NCBI RefSeq assembly: GCF_006345805.1
Contig: NC_043002.1
Coordinates: forward strand, 55,986,001-56,050,000
Source of the DNA: Octopus sinensis
Lineage: Eukaryota
Length of the DNA stretch: 64,000 bases
Reading direction: 5' to 3'
Part shown: piece after piece, positions 50,832 to 64,000 of the stretch
Layout of the letters: each line of letters opens with the position of its first letter
How positions within the stretch are numbered: position 1 is the stretch's first letter
Program-made: the position numbers and the translations under genes
The notes under the pieces: generated by a model
What the model was told of the DNA's origin: nothing
What the model saw: the letters and a program-made list of their open reading frames with translations, nothing else
The model's database searches: none

Positions 50832-51088
50832 AAAGGAAATCCGTTGGAAACACAAAAACAGAACAGAGGCGGAGCAAAAAACAAATCGAACTGTGCTCCT
50901 AAGAGCACAAAGAACATCTATACACCCTCACCCACATGATTGACCGATGCCTGACCCGTTGAATTCTTCAGCCACCGGTTCTCAACATACACTGATAAAC
51001 AGTTTCGCCATGGGCTCTTAGGAGCACAGTTCGATTTGTTTTTTGCTCCGCCTCTGTTCTGTTTTTGTGTTTCCAACGGATTTCCTTT

Positions 51089-51175
51089 TTTCTTCCTGAT
51101 GAGAAAGACAATATGGTCCCATTATTCAATCGGATTTTGGTAATTTGTGCCTTTCGAAACACGTGTAGAATGAAA
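51089..51175 (+). ncRNA. Type I hammerhead ribozyme, intact core
   Basis: Helix I TTTCTTC/GAA(T)GAAA; CTGATGA 51096-51102; helix II GAAAG/CTTTC with G10.1-C11.1; GAAA 51156-51159; palindromic helix III ACACGTGT; GUA triplet, predicted cut after 51167. Confidence 0.8.
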
Positions 51176-51378
51176 TAAAACGATTTCTGTTCAATCTGCG
51201 TTCAGCTCCATTTCTTCAATTCACCAATAATGTTTTAATTTCAATTGTCCGCACCAACGCACGGTTGCAACGCCAGATGGTTGTACCTCCAACCGTGCTG
51301 TTTACTGCTGTGATTTTTGCTACTAAGGTATCGGTTAAACTTTTGATTAATCTACTACAAGATTATTCATCTTTCTAT

Positions 51379-51439
<61 letters not shown>

Positions 51440-51442
51440 CAG

Positions 51443-51485
<43 letters not shown>

Positions 51486-52187
51486 CATGGAGAGAGGCGG
51501 GCACAGGCATGGCTGTGTGGTAAGAATCCTGTTTTCCAGCCACATGGTTCCTGGTTCAGTCCAATGTGTAGCAGCTTGGCCAAGAATGTTTTATACTTTA
51601 ACCCTGGGCTGACCAAAGCCTTATGAGTGGATTTGGTAGATAGAAACACAAAAAAAAACCATCATGTGTATGTGTACATATATGAAATACACACAGGCAC
51701 ATATACGATCTGTGCATGTGTCTTCTTGTCTGTGTCTGTCCCCCACCACCACAATACACACACACACACACACACATATATATGTGTGTATACATACTTC
51801 GTAACAAGTGTTCCTTAGCCTTTTTACTTCCCCATGAGATAGTAATAGATATTCTAAAACATTCTCTGCCACTGAATGAAAATAATAATTCAAGCTGACA
51901 TTTCATTATTTTCCTGTCTTTGCAATTGAGGTTATATAAAAATGTAAACAATCTTTTTTTTTTTCCTCTCTTTAAGGGTTCACTGGGAGGAGGGAAGGCA
52001 AAGCGAATAACGCATACAGTTGTAAAACACCTTAGCTTTTTATGCTTGCTTGCATTGATGTCATTGCAATACATCATCGTTAAAGCAATGAATAAAATCA
52101 GAAACCATTTTCTCAAGCACAGACAAATCACAGGGTTACTATTGCACATTGAATTTTACTGGTCATCGAACTTATTTTTGTTTGTAA

Positions 52188-52625
52188 CCCCTTTGTTACC
52201 ATTAGTTCAGTTGAAATACACTGCCCTTGTTTCAATTAATGAGGAAATCAGAGAATTTAGTAAAATAGCTGTCATTATCAATCTAGTTATTTGGAACATA
52301 AGGTAACATGAAATTTTGATGGAAGATTTTAATTCAGATCACTTTAACTCTCTTGTTACCATATTTCTGTTGAGATGCTCTGTGTTTCTTTCAATTAATT
52401 TTAAATATAACAAAAAATTTAGTAAAATAATTTAGTTATTAAGCTAGTGTTAGGAACATAAATTGTGACTAAGGTTTGGTGGAAGACTTTAATGCGAAAC
52501 TTATTAAAACAAAACATTTGTACTAAAGAACCAGAGGCAGTTTCAGCTGGGTTGGTATCAAAAGGGTTGAAACAGGAAGTTAGTATCAAAGGGGCAGTGT
52601 CAGGCAGGTTGGAATCAAAGGAATA
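52188..52625. mobile_element. Nested TTAA MITEs (inner 52348-52566 inserted at a TTAA of the outer)
   Basis: Outer sequence cagatcactttaa resumes as acaggaagttagtatc after the inner element; the uninterrupted form is at about 21800-21830. Confidence 0.7.
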
Positions 52626-54499
52626 AAAGATATTTTCATATGAGATAGCCTGAAGTATTTTAAAACCGACAGCTTAAGTCTGAGATTTTTATCTCAAGTT
52701 TAGCAAAATGAATTTGCAGCTGCAAGAAAATTGACTGAATTTCAATAAAAGAAATACTGTTTGTTTAAAAGCTTATTCCACTCAAATACATATTGTATTA
52801 AATGCATTATATCATAGTTTTGGAATTTCGATGATGTGATTAATTTTAGAATGATTGTATGACAGGTGTGAGGGGCCAGATCTGGCCAGTTCAACCATAA
52901 AACTGCAGAATATTGGGACCAGACATGTCCTCATTAGACGCTAGAGGGTTAAAATAATTTTTCATAGTGAGAAAAGAATTATAAGATATTTTTGAAATAT
53001 TTGCTTGTTATGGAGAGACATAAACCAATTCTAAAGAGAAGCTTCAAATGATTGAAATAATACAAACCTAAAGATATTACTAGCACCGATTCTATTGAAT
53101 CTGGATGGATGAAAAGTATAATTAACTTGTGCAAAGCATTGACTGTTTGCCGTTTATACCAGTTGGCTGCACATTCTTTTACAATATGGAAAATATATTT
53201 AAATTTTAAAACATTTGTCTCCAGATAATTTTCTTCCTATAAAAGCGAGTCTATTTAATAGTTTGAAATATTTTTGACATGAAAGTAAAGAAAATCTAAC
53301 AAAGAATTATATGGTCGATGATGGGAGTGTTCATCGCTTTTATTAATAAAACTGGTTGCATTTGTGTACAAGGCGTGAGGAGTGATGGCCAGCTATAGTG
53401 CAAGTGTACTAAAGATGCAGAGAATTGAATTAGAGTTGCAGGTTCAATTCTTGTTTGAAGTCAATTCCATTTCACTTCCATCACTGATACACTTGCGAAG
53501 AGCCAGTTTTTTTTTTAATGACATCAACTTTCTTGAGCAATAAAGACAAAATAGGGGGTGGACAGATGATTGTTAATGATATCAGAGCAGCACAGAAAAA
53601 GCACCCCCGCTGCTGCCATGTGGAAAGCAAAACACATGACTGGAGCTTAGTGTAGCCCTCCGACTTACCAGCTTCTGTCAAACCATCCAACCCATGCCAG
53701 AATGGAAAACAAATGTTAAATGATGATGACGACAATGATATATAGACATAAATTAAGCAGAAAACTAGAAAATGGTCTATAGTAGTCTTCATAGATAGAT
53801 ATTCAAGGATTTCATACACAGAAATAACAGGGGAGAAAGAAAATTCAAGGTACTCCTTTACAGCTGTTTCAGAGATATGGTGAAAAATAGCTGCTAGTGT
53901 GTGCACACACACACACACACACACTAAACTGATTTCAGCAAATCACTGAAATGGTGAAATGAATTCTTTACGATCAGTTCATTTTCATTTTTCTTTCATT
54001 AATGCTTTCAGTGATAAGTCCACCAACGAGCAGAATCATTAGCACTTAATCAAATGCTTTATAGTGTTTCTTCCAACTCTGCATTCAGAGTTCAAATCTC
54101 ACAAAGGTCAACATTGTCTTTTGTCCTTCCAGGGTCAATGAAATAAAGTACCAGTCACGTACTGGGGTCAATGTAATTAATTAGGATCCCCCACCCAAAT
54201 TTCAGGCCTTGTGCAAATATTAGAAAATTACTTCTTTGAGTATTAAGGCAGTAAGATGGCAAAATTGGTAGAGCATCTAAAAAGTGCCTTGCAGTATTTA
54301 TTCCAGTTTTCTACATTCTGAGTTCAAATCCTGCTGAGGTTGACTTTGCCTTTCATCATTCCAAGGGCAATAAAATGAAATACTAGTCAAATACTGGGGT
54401 TAATGGCATTGACTAATCCTGGCAGAAGAAGAGAGAAGGAAGGTGATTGCTGTTACAATAACTTTGTCATGTCACAGCAACCAAAATGATTGGAAGCAA

Positions 54500-55075
54500 T
54501 GAGAGAGAGGAAGGGAAAGAGATAGGGAAAAGAGAAGAGAGAAAATGACAGGAGAACGAGGGGAAGGAAGAGAATGAGGGGGAGAAAGAGAATGAGGAGG
54601 AAGAGAACAAGGAGGAGGAAGAGAACAAGGAGGAGGAAGAGAACAAGGAGGAGGAAGAGAACAAGGGGGAGGAAGAGAACAAGGGGGAGGAAGAGAACAA
54701 GGAGGAAGAGGAGGAAGATAACGAGGAGGAGAAAGAGAATGAAGAGGAGGAAGAAGAGGAAGAGAATGAAGAGGAGAAAGAGAATGAAGAGGAGAAAGAG
54801 AATGAAGAGGAGGAAGAGAATGAAGAGGAGGAAGAGAATGAAGAGGAGGAAGAGAATGAAGAGGAGGAAGAGAATGAAGAGGAGGAAGAGAATGAAGAGG
54901 GGGAGAACTAGGAGAAAAACAAGGAGAAAAAGAGAACAAAAAGAAGAAAAATGAGAACAAGAAACAGAAAAAAGAGAACGAGAAGAAAATGAGAAAAAGA
55001 ATGCAAAGCAGCAAAGGAGAAGAATGAAAAGAAAAAGAAGAGGTTTCCAACAAAAGAGAAAGTTCCGTGAGTTTC
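54500..55075. repeat. Purine-rich minisatellite with 18-nt units (GAGGAGGAAGAGAATGAA / GGAGGAGGAAGAGAACAA)
   Basis: Direct reading; explains the long low-complexity ORFs at 54453-55284. Confidence 0.9.
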
Positions 55076-57387
55076 TCTTCCTCTTTCCAGCCTTCATCAT
55101 GGTTGGCAACATTCCGAATGTAATAATCTCTGACAGTTTCTGTAGAATCTAGCACCATTACCTCCACCAACGATTCCAACATTAACAACAGAACCATTAT
55201 TACCATTTTTATCCTATCCAGCTCCAACATCACAACCATTGCTGTCCTTATAGTTATGGACACAAAAACCACACACACACACACACAATTATCTTTACTG
55301 CCAGAACCATAAAATGCCTACCATTATCACACTAACGTAAGTGCTACCATTCTCACTAGCACCATTTCCACCACCACCATCACTATTATTATCATTAATT
55401 ATTATTATTATTCAGGCGGCAAATTGGCAGAATGGTTAGCACACCAGACGAAATGCTTAGTGGTATTTTATCTGCAATTACATTCTGAGTTCAAATTCTG
55501 CATTTCATCCTTTCGGGATCAATAAATTAATTACCAGTGAAACACTGGGCTCAATGTAATCAATTAGTCCCCTTCCCACAAATTTGAGCCCTTGTGCCTC
55601 CAGTAGAAAGGATTATTAATTATTATTATTATTATTATTTTTATTACTATTAAGACAGCAAGCTGGCAGAATCGTTAGCACGCTGGGTGAAATGCTTAGC
55701 GGTATTTTGCCCATTGCTACATTCTGAGTTCAAATTCTGCTGAGATCGATTTTGCCTTTCGTCTTTTCGGGGTCAATTCAGTACCAGTGAAACACTGGGT
55801 GGGGGTCAACTAGCCCCTTCCCCCAAGATTTCAGGCCTTGTGCCTTAAGTAGAAAATATTATTATAATTATTGAGTGACACTTCAGTGCATACCATTGAA
55901 ATGACACTGGGGTAGAAATATACAAAGCCCAGTATACCCATCATGACTACACGTCTGATAAGGGTAAACCAGCTACATGCATCATAACCATATATGTGTG
56001 ACAGGCTAATTCAGTTTTGCACCTATCTTTGAAAAATGTATTTTTTTGAAAAAATGTTTTTCAGATTCCTATGTTTTAGATGTCGGAGATTACAAATATG
56101 CAAAAAAAAAGAATGTTTCTCATAAAATGGTGTATATTTAATTTACATTGAATTCTTATCTACACAAATTGCTGTCATGGCTGATGACAGTACAGCCTGA
56201 TTGGCACCCGTACCAGTGGAACATTAGAAGGCTCATTTGAGCATGGCCGATGCCAGTACTGCCTGACTAGCCCTCGTGCTGATGGCACATAAAAGCACCC
56301 ACTACACTCTTGGAGTGGTTGGTGTTAGGAAGGGCCTCCAGCTGTAGAAACTTTGCCAGATCAGATTGGAGACTGGTGCAGCCTTCTGGCTCACCAGTCC
56401 CCTGTCAAACCGTCCAACCCATGCCAGCATGGAAAGCAGGCGTTAAATGATGATGATGATGATAAGTAAAACGCAAATTCTTTTCACTTTAATGTTTCTG
56501 TCTGTATGTAATTTCAATTTGCATATGTTCGTCAATTTTCTATGATCTCTTTAAAGTAAACAAAATCGAAACTTTAAGGTGGGTGGGGTGAAATTTAAAA
56601 ACAAATTTTTTCTGCATATTCATAATCTCCAACATTTTAAAGATAGGAATCCAGAAAAAATTTTCAAAAAAATGCACTTTTCAAGGAGAGGTGCAAAAGC
56701 GCATTAGCCCCATGTGCAACATGGTGAACTCATATCAAGATAAACAGCATATGACTTTGCAGGTGGGGCCCAGTCAGGGTTTCCTTTGAATCAAGTAGCC
56801 CATCCTGTGTGGTAGCAGAAGTGTTAGCATGTTTGAGTTCAAATCCTGCTGCGGTTACAAGAAATATGGGATAGCATTTACTTTTGAGCATAAAGAGCCA
56901 GATTTTTGCCTTATATTTTTTCAGAGTCAACAAAACAAAATCCTAGTCAAGCACGAGGGTTAGTGCAATTAGTTTAGCCCCTCCCCTCAAATTGTTACCC
57001 TTCTGCCAAAATTTGAAGTAAGTTATTACTGTTATCATTGTTGTCATTATCATTATCACTTAGTATCAAGACCACCTTCTACGCTAACACCATCACTGTT
57101 GCACTAGCTACCATTACAATCTCCATTAACAACACCACCAACACCACCATTATCAAGGTTTGTTGTCTGCACCACCACCACCACTCTTATTCAGAACATA
57201 ACACTCTCCATCGCCCCTCCCCCACCCACTCACCAATGTTATTACAATATCATTACAATAATCCTTATCACCACCACTGCCATCACTCTGAATACTATCA
57301 CAATTTCCATTACCATCATCATCATCATCGTATTGTTTCAATATGCCAGTGTTTTAGCAAACAGACCACACATGCATGCGCGTGCGT

Positions 57388-57426
<39 letters not shown>

Positions 57427-60181
57427 AAATCCTGCAAACACAACAGCACCAAAAATCACAAGGACCACACCTCAGTAAGTAAATGGCATCGGTAATTATA
57501 GTTCCATTAGTAGCCTCTACCATTACACACATAAACACACACATACATACACATATACACGGAAGTGCTCTGTTGTATACACATACAAGTGCATACCGAA
57601 AGAGAAAGACAAACAAATCAATTGTGTGTGTGCATGCATGGGTGTGTGTGTAGTTTTGGTGGAGGAGTGAGGGGGTTTAATATCAGCTGATCGGTAGAGC
57701 AATTACAGAATTCTGGAATTTTCGGTTCAAATAACTTTGTGTCTGTAACAGTGTGTGTGTGTGTGTGTGTATTTCTGTAGACGTGCCTATAGGCATACAT
57801 GTGGCTGTGTGAGAAGAGGTTTGCTCCTGGGTTCAGTCCCATTGTGTGGCACCATGGGCAAATGTCTTCTACTATAAGTCTTGGACTGACCAAAGCCTTG
57901 TGAGTGGATTTGGTAAGCAGAAACAGAAAGAAAGATGTCGTATGCATGTGTGGTGTGTGATGTGTGTGTCCATGTCCAACCACAGTTTAACAACCTGTGC
58001 TGGTGTACAACATCCCTGTACCTTAGCAGTTCAGCAAAAGAGACCTATAGAGTGAGTACTAAGCTTAAAAAAAAAAAGTCCTAGGGGTCAATTTGTTCAA
58101 CTAAAAATTCTTTGTGGTAGTGCCCCAGCATGGCCGCAGTCTAATGACTGAAACAAGTAAAGGATAAAATATATATACATAGATATACATACATAGGCAT
58201 AGGAGTGACTGTGTGGTAAATAGCTTGCTTACGAACCACATGGTTCCAGGTTCAGTCCCACTGCATGGCACCTTGGGCAAGTGTCTTCTACTATAGCCTC
58301 AGGCTGACCTTGACTTCTTGTCTTGAGACAGCATTCACCTGGGGTGGGTTGAGCTGGCTTCATTCATCCTCAATGCTGCATCAAAGCCTTGTGAGTGGAT
58401 TTGGTAGATGGAAACTGAAAGAAGTCCTCCGTATATATTTATGTGTGTGTGTGTGTGTATGTTTGTGTGTCTGTGTTTGTCCCCCCAACATTGCTTGACA
58501 ACTGACGCTGGTGTGTTTATGTCCCCGTAACTTAGTGGTTCGACAAAAGAGACCGATAGAATAAGTACTGGTTGATTTGCTCGACTAAAAGATGGTGCTC
58601 CAGCATGGTCACAGCCAAATGACTGATGCATATATATGCATGTATTTACTTCCATTTCACCAATTCCATCTCTCTCCGTCCCTCAACATACATCCACACA
58701 TTTTTACTCATTTCCTTCTTTCATATGTTGGACTGTGACCATAATGGAGCAACACTTTCAAGGTTTTAGGGAATTATGAGGTAAAATTAAACTGAAAGAG
58801 GGTCTCTGAATATAAGTGGATACAACAAACTACCACAAGGTATAATATTCAACATTCTGAAGGCGGTGAGCTGGAAGAAACGTTCTTGAAGGCAGCAAGC
58901 TGGCAGAAGTGTTAGCACAGCAGGCGAAATGCTTAGCAGTATTTTGTCTGTCTTTACATTCTGAGTTCAAATTCCATTGAGGTCAACTTTGCCTTTCATC
59001 CTTTTGGGGTTGATAAATAGAGTACCAGTTGTGTACTGGGGTCGATCTAATCGACTGGCCCCCTCCTCAAAAATGTTGGGCCTTGTGCCTAGAGTAAAAA
59101 AGAATATTCAACATTCTACTGTTTCAGTTAATCCCACTTAAGATAATAAGAGAAACCCACATCAAGGTAACAAGTTTGCTACCAGACTTGGATTTCTTAT
59201 TATATAAACGCTCCAATTTGTTTCATTTCATGATGGCATTTAATGCCTGTAAGAAATGGATACACACACCAATCTCAATGACCACCCCTATAAATATAAA
59301 ACCTTGTGTACATAGATTAGGGGGATAAAACCAACAGCAAGATAATCCAGTCCTAGTCACCACTTAATCCCAGACTAGACATAGCATCAACACAAGCTTT
59401 ACACTCTCAATATTCAATAATATATGTATGTGTGTGAGTGTGTAGATGTATGTATATACATATATATGAATGCATGTATGTATATTTGTTAGTATCTGGA
59501 TATGTATCATCATTGTTTCAACATCCCCTCTTCCATGCAAGACATAGGATGGACAGAATTCACTGAGGCATGCACATTAAGGCTGTGACAACAGGTAGGG
59601 GACCCTCACTCCCAATGGTTTTCCTACAGACCCTGACACCAATCAAGGGTACCTCTGCATCCCTGCAATCAGATGGATTGTCATCCCATATGCTAATTAA
59701 CCCATAGTTGGGACCCTGACTGGTTCTACTACTTCTGTGTCAGAAGAGACCTGGAAAGAATAGTAGCTTAGTGGTGGTTCCACATTCTTCAAAACCCTCA
59801 AAATCCCAAACCAGAGCCCCACTACCAGACGCAGTGTTTTAAGTCATACCCATAAATACATACATTTATACATACATATACACAAACAGATACATGTCTA
59901 TATAAACAAACACATAATAATATATATATATATATATATGTCAAATTTTATATCCATTTTGTAGATATAAATGAATATATGAATATATGTATGTATTTGA
60001 TCTTTGAGTGTGGATCTTAGTAATGTTCATTTAGTTCCTGCTTGCATTGCCTCTGCTCAAATTAAGAAGTGGAATATAGCTCATATGGAGCACAACAACT
60101 CCATTCTGTATTAGATTTTAAGTATTGTTATTACAAGCAATCTCAAGATATAACTGTATTTTGTATTTTATAATATTAAAT

Positions 60182-60311
60182 ATAGAATGGCTGTATACTG
60201 TCAATCTAACAAGAACATGACAGTAGGGGGTACACCACCGTTGTATAGCCCTAGGAGGTGTACCCCCTACTGTCACGTTCTTGTTAGATTGACAGTATAC
60301 AACCATTCTAT
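60182..60311. repeat. Palindromic element: 55-bp arms, 20-nt loop
   Basis: 60182-60236 and 60257-60311 are reverse complements with 2 mismatches. Confidence 0.92.
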
Positions 60312-62124
60312 CGCCCCACCACCGTACAGGTCTCTACAAGAGATTTAGAAATTCAATATTTCTTATTTCTATATTGATTTAGAAATTCAATATTAAATAT
60401 ATAATATATAAAAGTAAATCAATAAAATTAGAGATACTTTCATGAAATGCCTTTGTCCAAAATTAGTCTTATCATAATATTTTTGATAAACAATGCCCTG
60501 GTTATGAGGCTAAGTTGCTTACTATGAAGAGCAGTCACGTGGGTGTCCGTCTTGGTTGTGAGTCATGGGAAATTTGGGCTGGTATTTTGTCAAATTATCT
60601 CCATCAAATGCTTATCTGTGTGGATTATAACATGCTTCCATTTCACAAATTTTATCAAAGATTCCGGTGGCCTACGAGAGTATGTTGCAATATTAATTGA
60701 GTCACTCGTTAATTTTTATCAGTTCAAAGGATTTTATTTTTAGAATTTGTTTCAGAAACTCAATTAAAAACTGGTTGATTTGTGGATTTAGATCCTGTTA
60801 CAGTTCTGTTAGTTCCATTTCCATAGAAAGATACTTCTATAACCAGGAACTGGACACCATCAAAAGAGGACTTAAAGTTTCTTCAAGCTGTCATAACTAA
60901 CTAGGAAATCATTAATCAGTTCTTGCAATTTAGTTTTGTATTCTCCAAGCTTGTTCTTATATGGAATATACTGACTCTCCTACAGAGATTGAGAAAAACC
61001 ACTGCAGCTTCTTAACAAATGTAGTTTTGGAAAAAAAAAAATTATTTTATCCTAAAATCTGAAAATGGTCTGAGTAATGTAAGAAACTGTGTTATTAATT
61101 GATCCACAGTTACTTGAACATTCACAGTTTTCAAATGACTAACAAATGGCACATAAGGACATATAGCATAAGGTTGAGGGTCAGAGCCAAAACGCAAAAT
61201 AAACTCACTGAAAATTCTTCATTTTTATACTTTGGTTTTTTGCTGTTTTAATGATGCCATCTTGCTTCATAAAATTTCCAGAGAAACTTGTAAACTAAAA
61301 CTGCACGTACAGTGTACCAATTTATTGAAGAGTCAATTATTTATATCCCTCTTGCATATTAAAAAACATTCAGAACCTTCTGGACAACCTAATATTTGAA
61401 ATCTCATTATTTTATAACTTTCAAATTTTTCCTATAAATTTTTCTCAGATATTTACAAATTTGTAAATTACAGGTGCAAATGTGGCTGTATGGTAAGAAG
61501 GTTGCATCCCAACCACATGGTTTTGGGTTCAGTCCTACTGTGTGGCACCTTGGGCAAGTGTCAACCAAAACCTTTACAAGTAGATTTGGTAGAAAAAACT
61601 GGGAAAAAAGCCCATTTTGTGTGTGTGTGTGCATACACATGTATGCATGTCAATTTCCCACATGACATGATAGTCATAAACAAGTCTCACCCTCATGCAA
61701 GTGGCATCCATTTCCAATCTTCTATAAAAACATGTCTGGCCATGGGAAAATATTACCTTACTCCAAAAAAAGAGTGATAGCTAGGGTAGAAGATCAGCCT
61801 CAGCAACTTCCTGTCTGACCCATGCAAGCACAGAAAAGTGGATGCTAAAACAATGATGATGATGATGATTTATGTGTGTTTGAGAGAGAGAGAGAGATTG
61901 CTATCCTTATCAGTGGGGTGATAAATAAAAGTAACTTTTGGAATTCTGTAATCAAATTAAACCTAACTGCAAGTCACCTGGTTATTTGAATATCAGAAAT
62001 ATTTCTTGCAGAGGTGAACAATAACATACTGAAATCTCTGAAGTGGGTTTGAAGTTAAGTTTCACATATTTATTCATTTGTTTGCTTTTTAATGTCCATT
62101 TCTCCATACTTGTATGGGTTAGAT

Positions 62125-62679
62125 CATAGGTTCTCACAGTGGGTGCTACCGTCCCCCCTACCCCCATGGGCATTGAAACAGTCCAGGTGGGCACTGGTGC
62201 CTAAGGGTATGGTAGAGCAGAAGGAGGTGTCGGGAGGAAGGCAATGGATTGGGGGAAGTTATGAATTTATTATAATATTATTATAGTATTGTATACAAAT
62301 TATAATAATCTTTTCTACTCTAAGCACAAAGCCTGGAATTTTTGGAGATGGGGGGGGGGGCAGTAGATTAGATCAACTGGTATTTAATTTATCGGAACCC
62401 AAAAGGATGAATGGTAAAGTTGACCTCGGTGGAATTTGAACTCAGAACGTAAAGACAGACGAAATACCTCTAAGAATTTCGCCTGGAGTGCTAACGTTTC
62501 TGCCAGCTCAATGCCTTAATATAAATTATATAATATTATATTAAATATCAAATGATTCATGGTATATATAAATTAGTAAAATATAAAATATTTATTTATG
62601 CATAAGAATAGGGGTGGTAGCGCTGGGGTATTATGTGGCCATGAGTAGGGGGGTGGTCCAAGAAGTTTGAGAACCTCTG
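62125..62679. mobile_element. hAT-type MITE containing a nested family A SINE
   Basis: TIRs cataggttctca / tgagaacctctg; 8-bp TSD GGTTAGAT at 62117-62124 and 62680-62687. Confidence 0.85.
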
Positions 62680-62874
62680 GGTTAGATGACTACAATGACT
62701 TGAAGTGTTGTTTTACAGCCAGATGCCCTACTTGTTACAAAACCTTCTTTTGTCAAGGAAGAGATCCCTTATTTTAACAATGAGCGGACAGAAGTAACAA
62801 CGATGACATTCTCGTTCATAGCTTGCAACTTTTAAAGCAAGTGTAAATGTAAAGAAACATACAGCCACAATACA

Positions 62875-62907
<33 letters not shown>

Positions 62908-64000
62908 AAACAAAGGAATAAGGACCCTGAATTTGGGTAAGTACCTTATTAGCACTAATCCAGATGGGGAACACATAAAGTTGTTCAAATTAACAATTAC
63001 ACAATACTCCACTTGATAGATGAATCCTGAGCCTGCTTCCTTGGATTTCATACTGGTTTGGGATAAGTCCTCGAACGGAGCTGCATAGGAATGTCTACCC
63101 TGGAAGGATATGGACTGCAACTGAATTAATTAACAGCCCATAAACGCTACCTCAGAGGACATTAGGACACTTATGCAGCAGAAACACGTGTCGGGTTGGA
63201 ATTTAATGCAAATCTAAGAGTGTAACAAATAAATTTTGAGGATGCATAATTCTCCATCCATGTTGTACATCCATGTGTGTCATCATTATCATTTAACATT
63301 TGTTTTCCATGCTGGCATGGGTTAGATGGTTTGACCAGAGCTGGTAAGGCCAGGGGACATACTGTTGTCTGTTCTGGTATGGTTTCTATGACTGGATGCC
63401 CTTCCTAACACCAGCCACTTTACAGTGTGTACTGGGTGATTTTTATGTGGCACCAGCATTGGAATCCTTTCTGCTGTGGTGCACAGGTCTTCGGTACACC
63501 AAGTTACCGAATATCTCGGTCCTTTGTCACCTGCTTCATAAGGCTCGGTGTCTTGAGGCTGGCCTTCAATAATTCACCCTATGCCCTCCTGGGTCTCCCT
63601 CTTCCACAAGTTCCACCCACTTGAAGTGACTGGCATCTGCTATGCAACTGTCTACTTCCATATGTTTCACATGACTAAACCAGCACAGTCTTCTCTCTTG
63701 CACACTACATCTAGTGCCAGTGGTATGAAAAATGCATCCAGTACACTCGGTAAAATGGTTGGCTGTAGGAAGAGCATCCGGCTGTAAAAATCATTCCAAA
63801 AGTAACACTGGAGTTCAACACAACCGTGTGACTTGCTGGATACTGTCAATCATCCAACCAATACCAGCATGGAAAGTAGGCATTAAATGATGATAAATAA
63901 ATACACACACAACTCTGTTATTACCAAGACAATAACTTAGATTACAGCTATGCAGCCTGAAGACTAAAAGTGGTTTTCTTTTACACTGGAACAAATAAAA

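Larger units (their letters stand above)
50694..51378 (+). mobile_element. Penelope-like element remnant: inverted pseudo-LTR plus direct pseudo-LTR and 3' extension, inserted in (TA)n
   Basis: Arms 50694-50906 and 51014-51234 are reverse complements except for one 8-nt indel; 107-nt spacer; each arm holds a hammerhead; TA microsatellite on both flanks. Confidence 0.65.

Noticed and set aside
50758-51162. Two ORFs with identical N-termini (MFRKAQITKIRLNNG...) on opposite strands
   Set aside because: An artefact of the inverted repeat; GTG starts and no recognisable domain.
54453-55284. Long ORFs of 126-270 aa
   Set aside because: Low-complexity translations of a purine/pyrimidine minisatellite.
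47400-64000. Search for the DOCK first coding exon (MW.PT...GV)
   Set aside because: No matching ATG-containing, phase-1 exon was found by eye. It probably lies beyond the window, but a short divergent exon could have been missed.

Overview
AT-rich, microsatellite- and SINE-saturated animal DNA. The repeat families suggest a coleoid cephalopod, probably Octopus (inference). The window is almost entirely one gene on the minus strand, a DOCK3/4-type (DOCK-B, Drosophila sponge-like) Rac GEF. I reconstructed 12 consecutive coding exons by hand (47399 down to 3782, 1080 nt, all GT-AG, frame-consistent), covering the SH3 domain, the helical ELMO-binding region and the following C2-like region. The first coding exon was not found and the gene continues past position 1. 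Three extra exon-like segments with good splice sites lie in the introns, one with a single in-frame TGA. The introns hold RTE, R4/Dong and Tc1/mariner remnants, hAT and TTAA-type MITEs and dozens of SINE copies. The most notable feature is a set of five hammerhead-ribozyme motifs of the minimal type I, palindromic-helix-III kind typical of Penelope-like retroelements. Two have intact cores and sit in a 213-bp near-perfect inverted repeat. One is in the tail of a tRNA-headed SINE that carries an inverted tail copy and a 13-bp target-site duplication. Four of the five are antisense to the host gene; the only sense one is preceded by its own antisense arm. All calls come from manual reading; no alignments, folding or database searches were run, and repeat boundaries are approximate.
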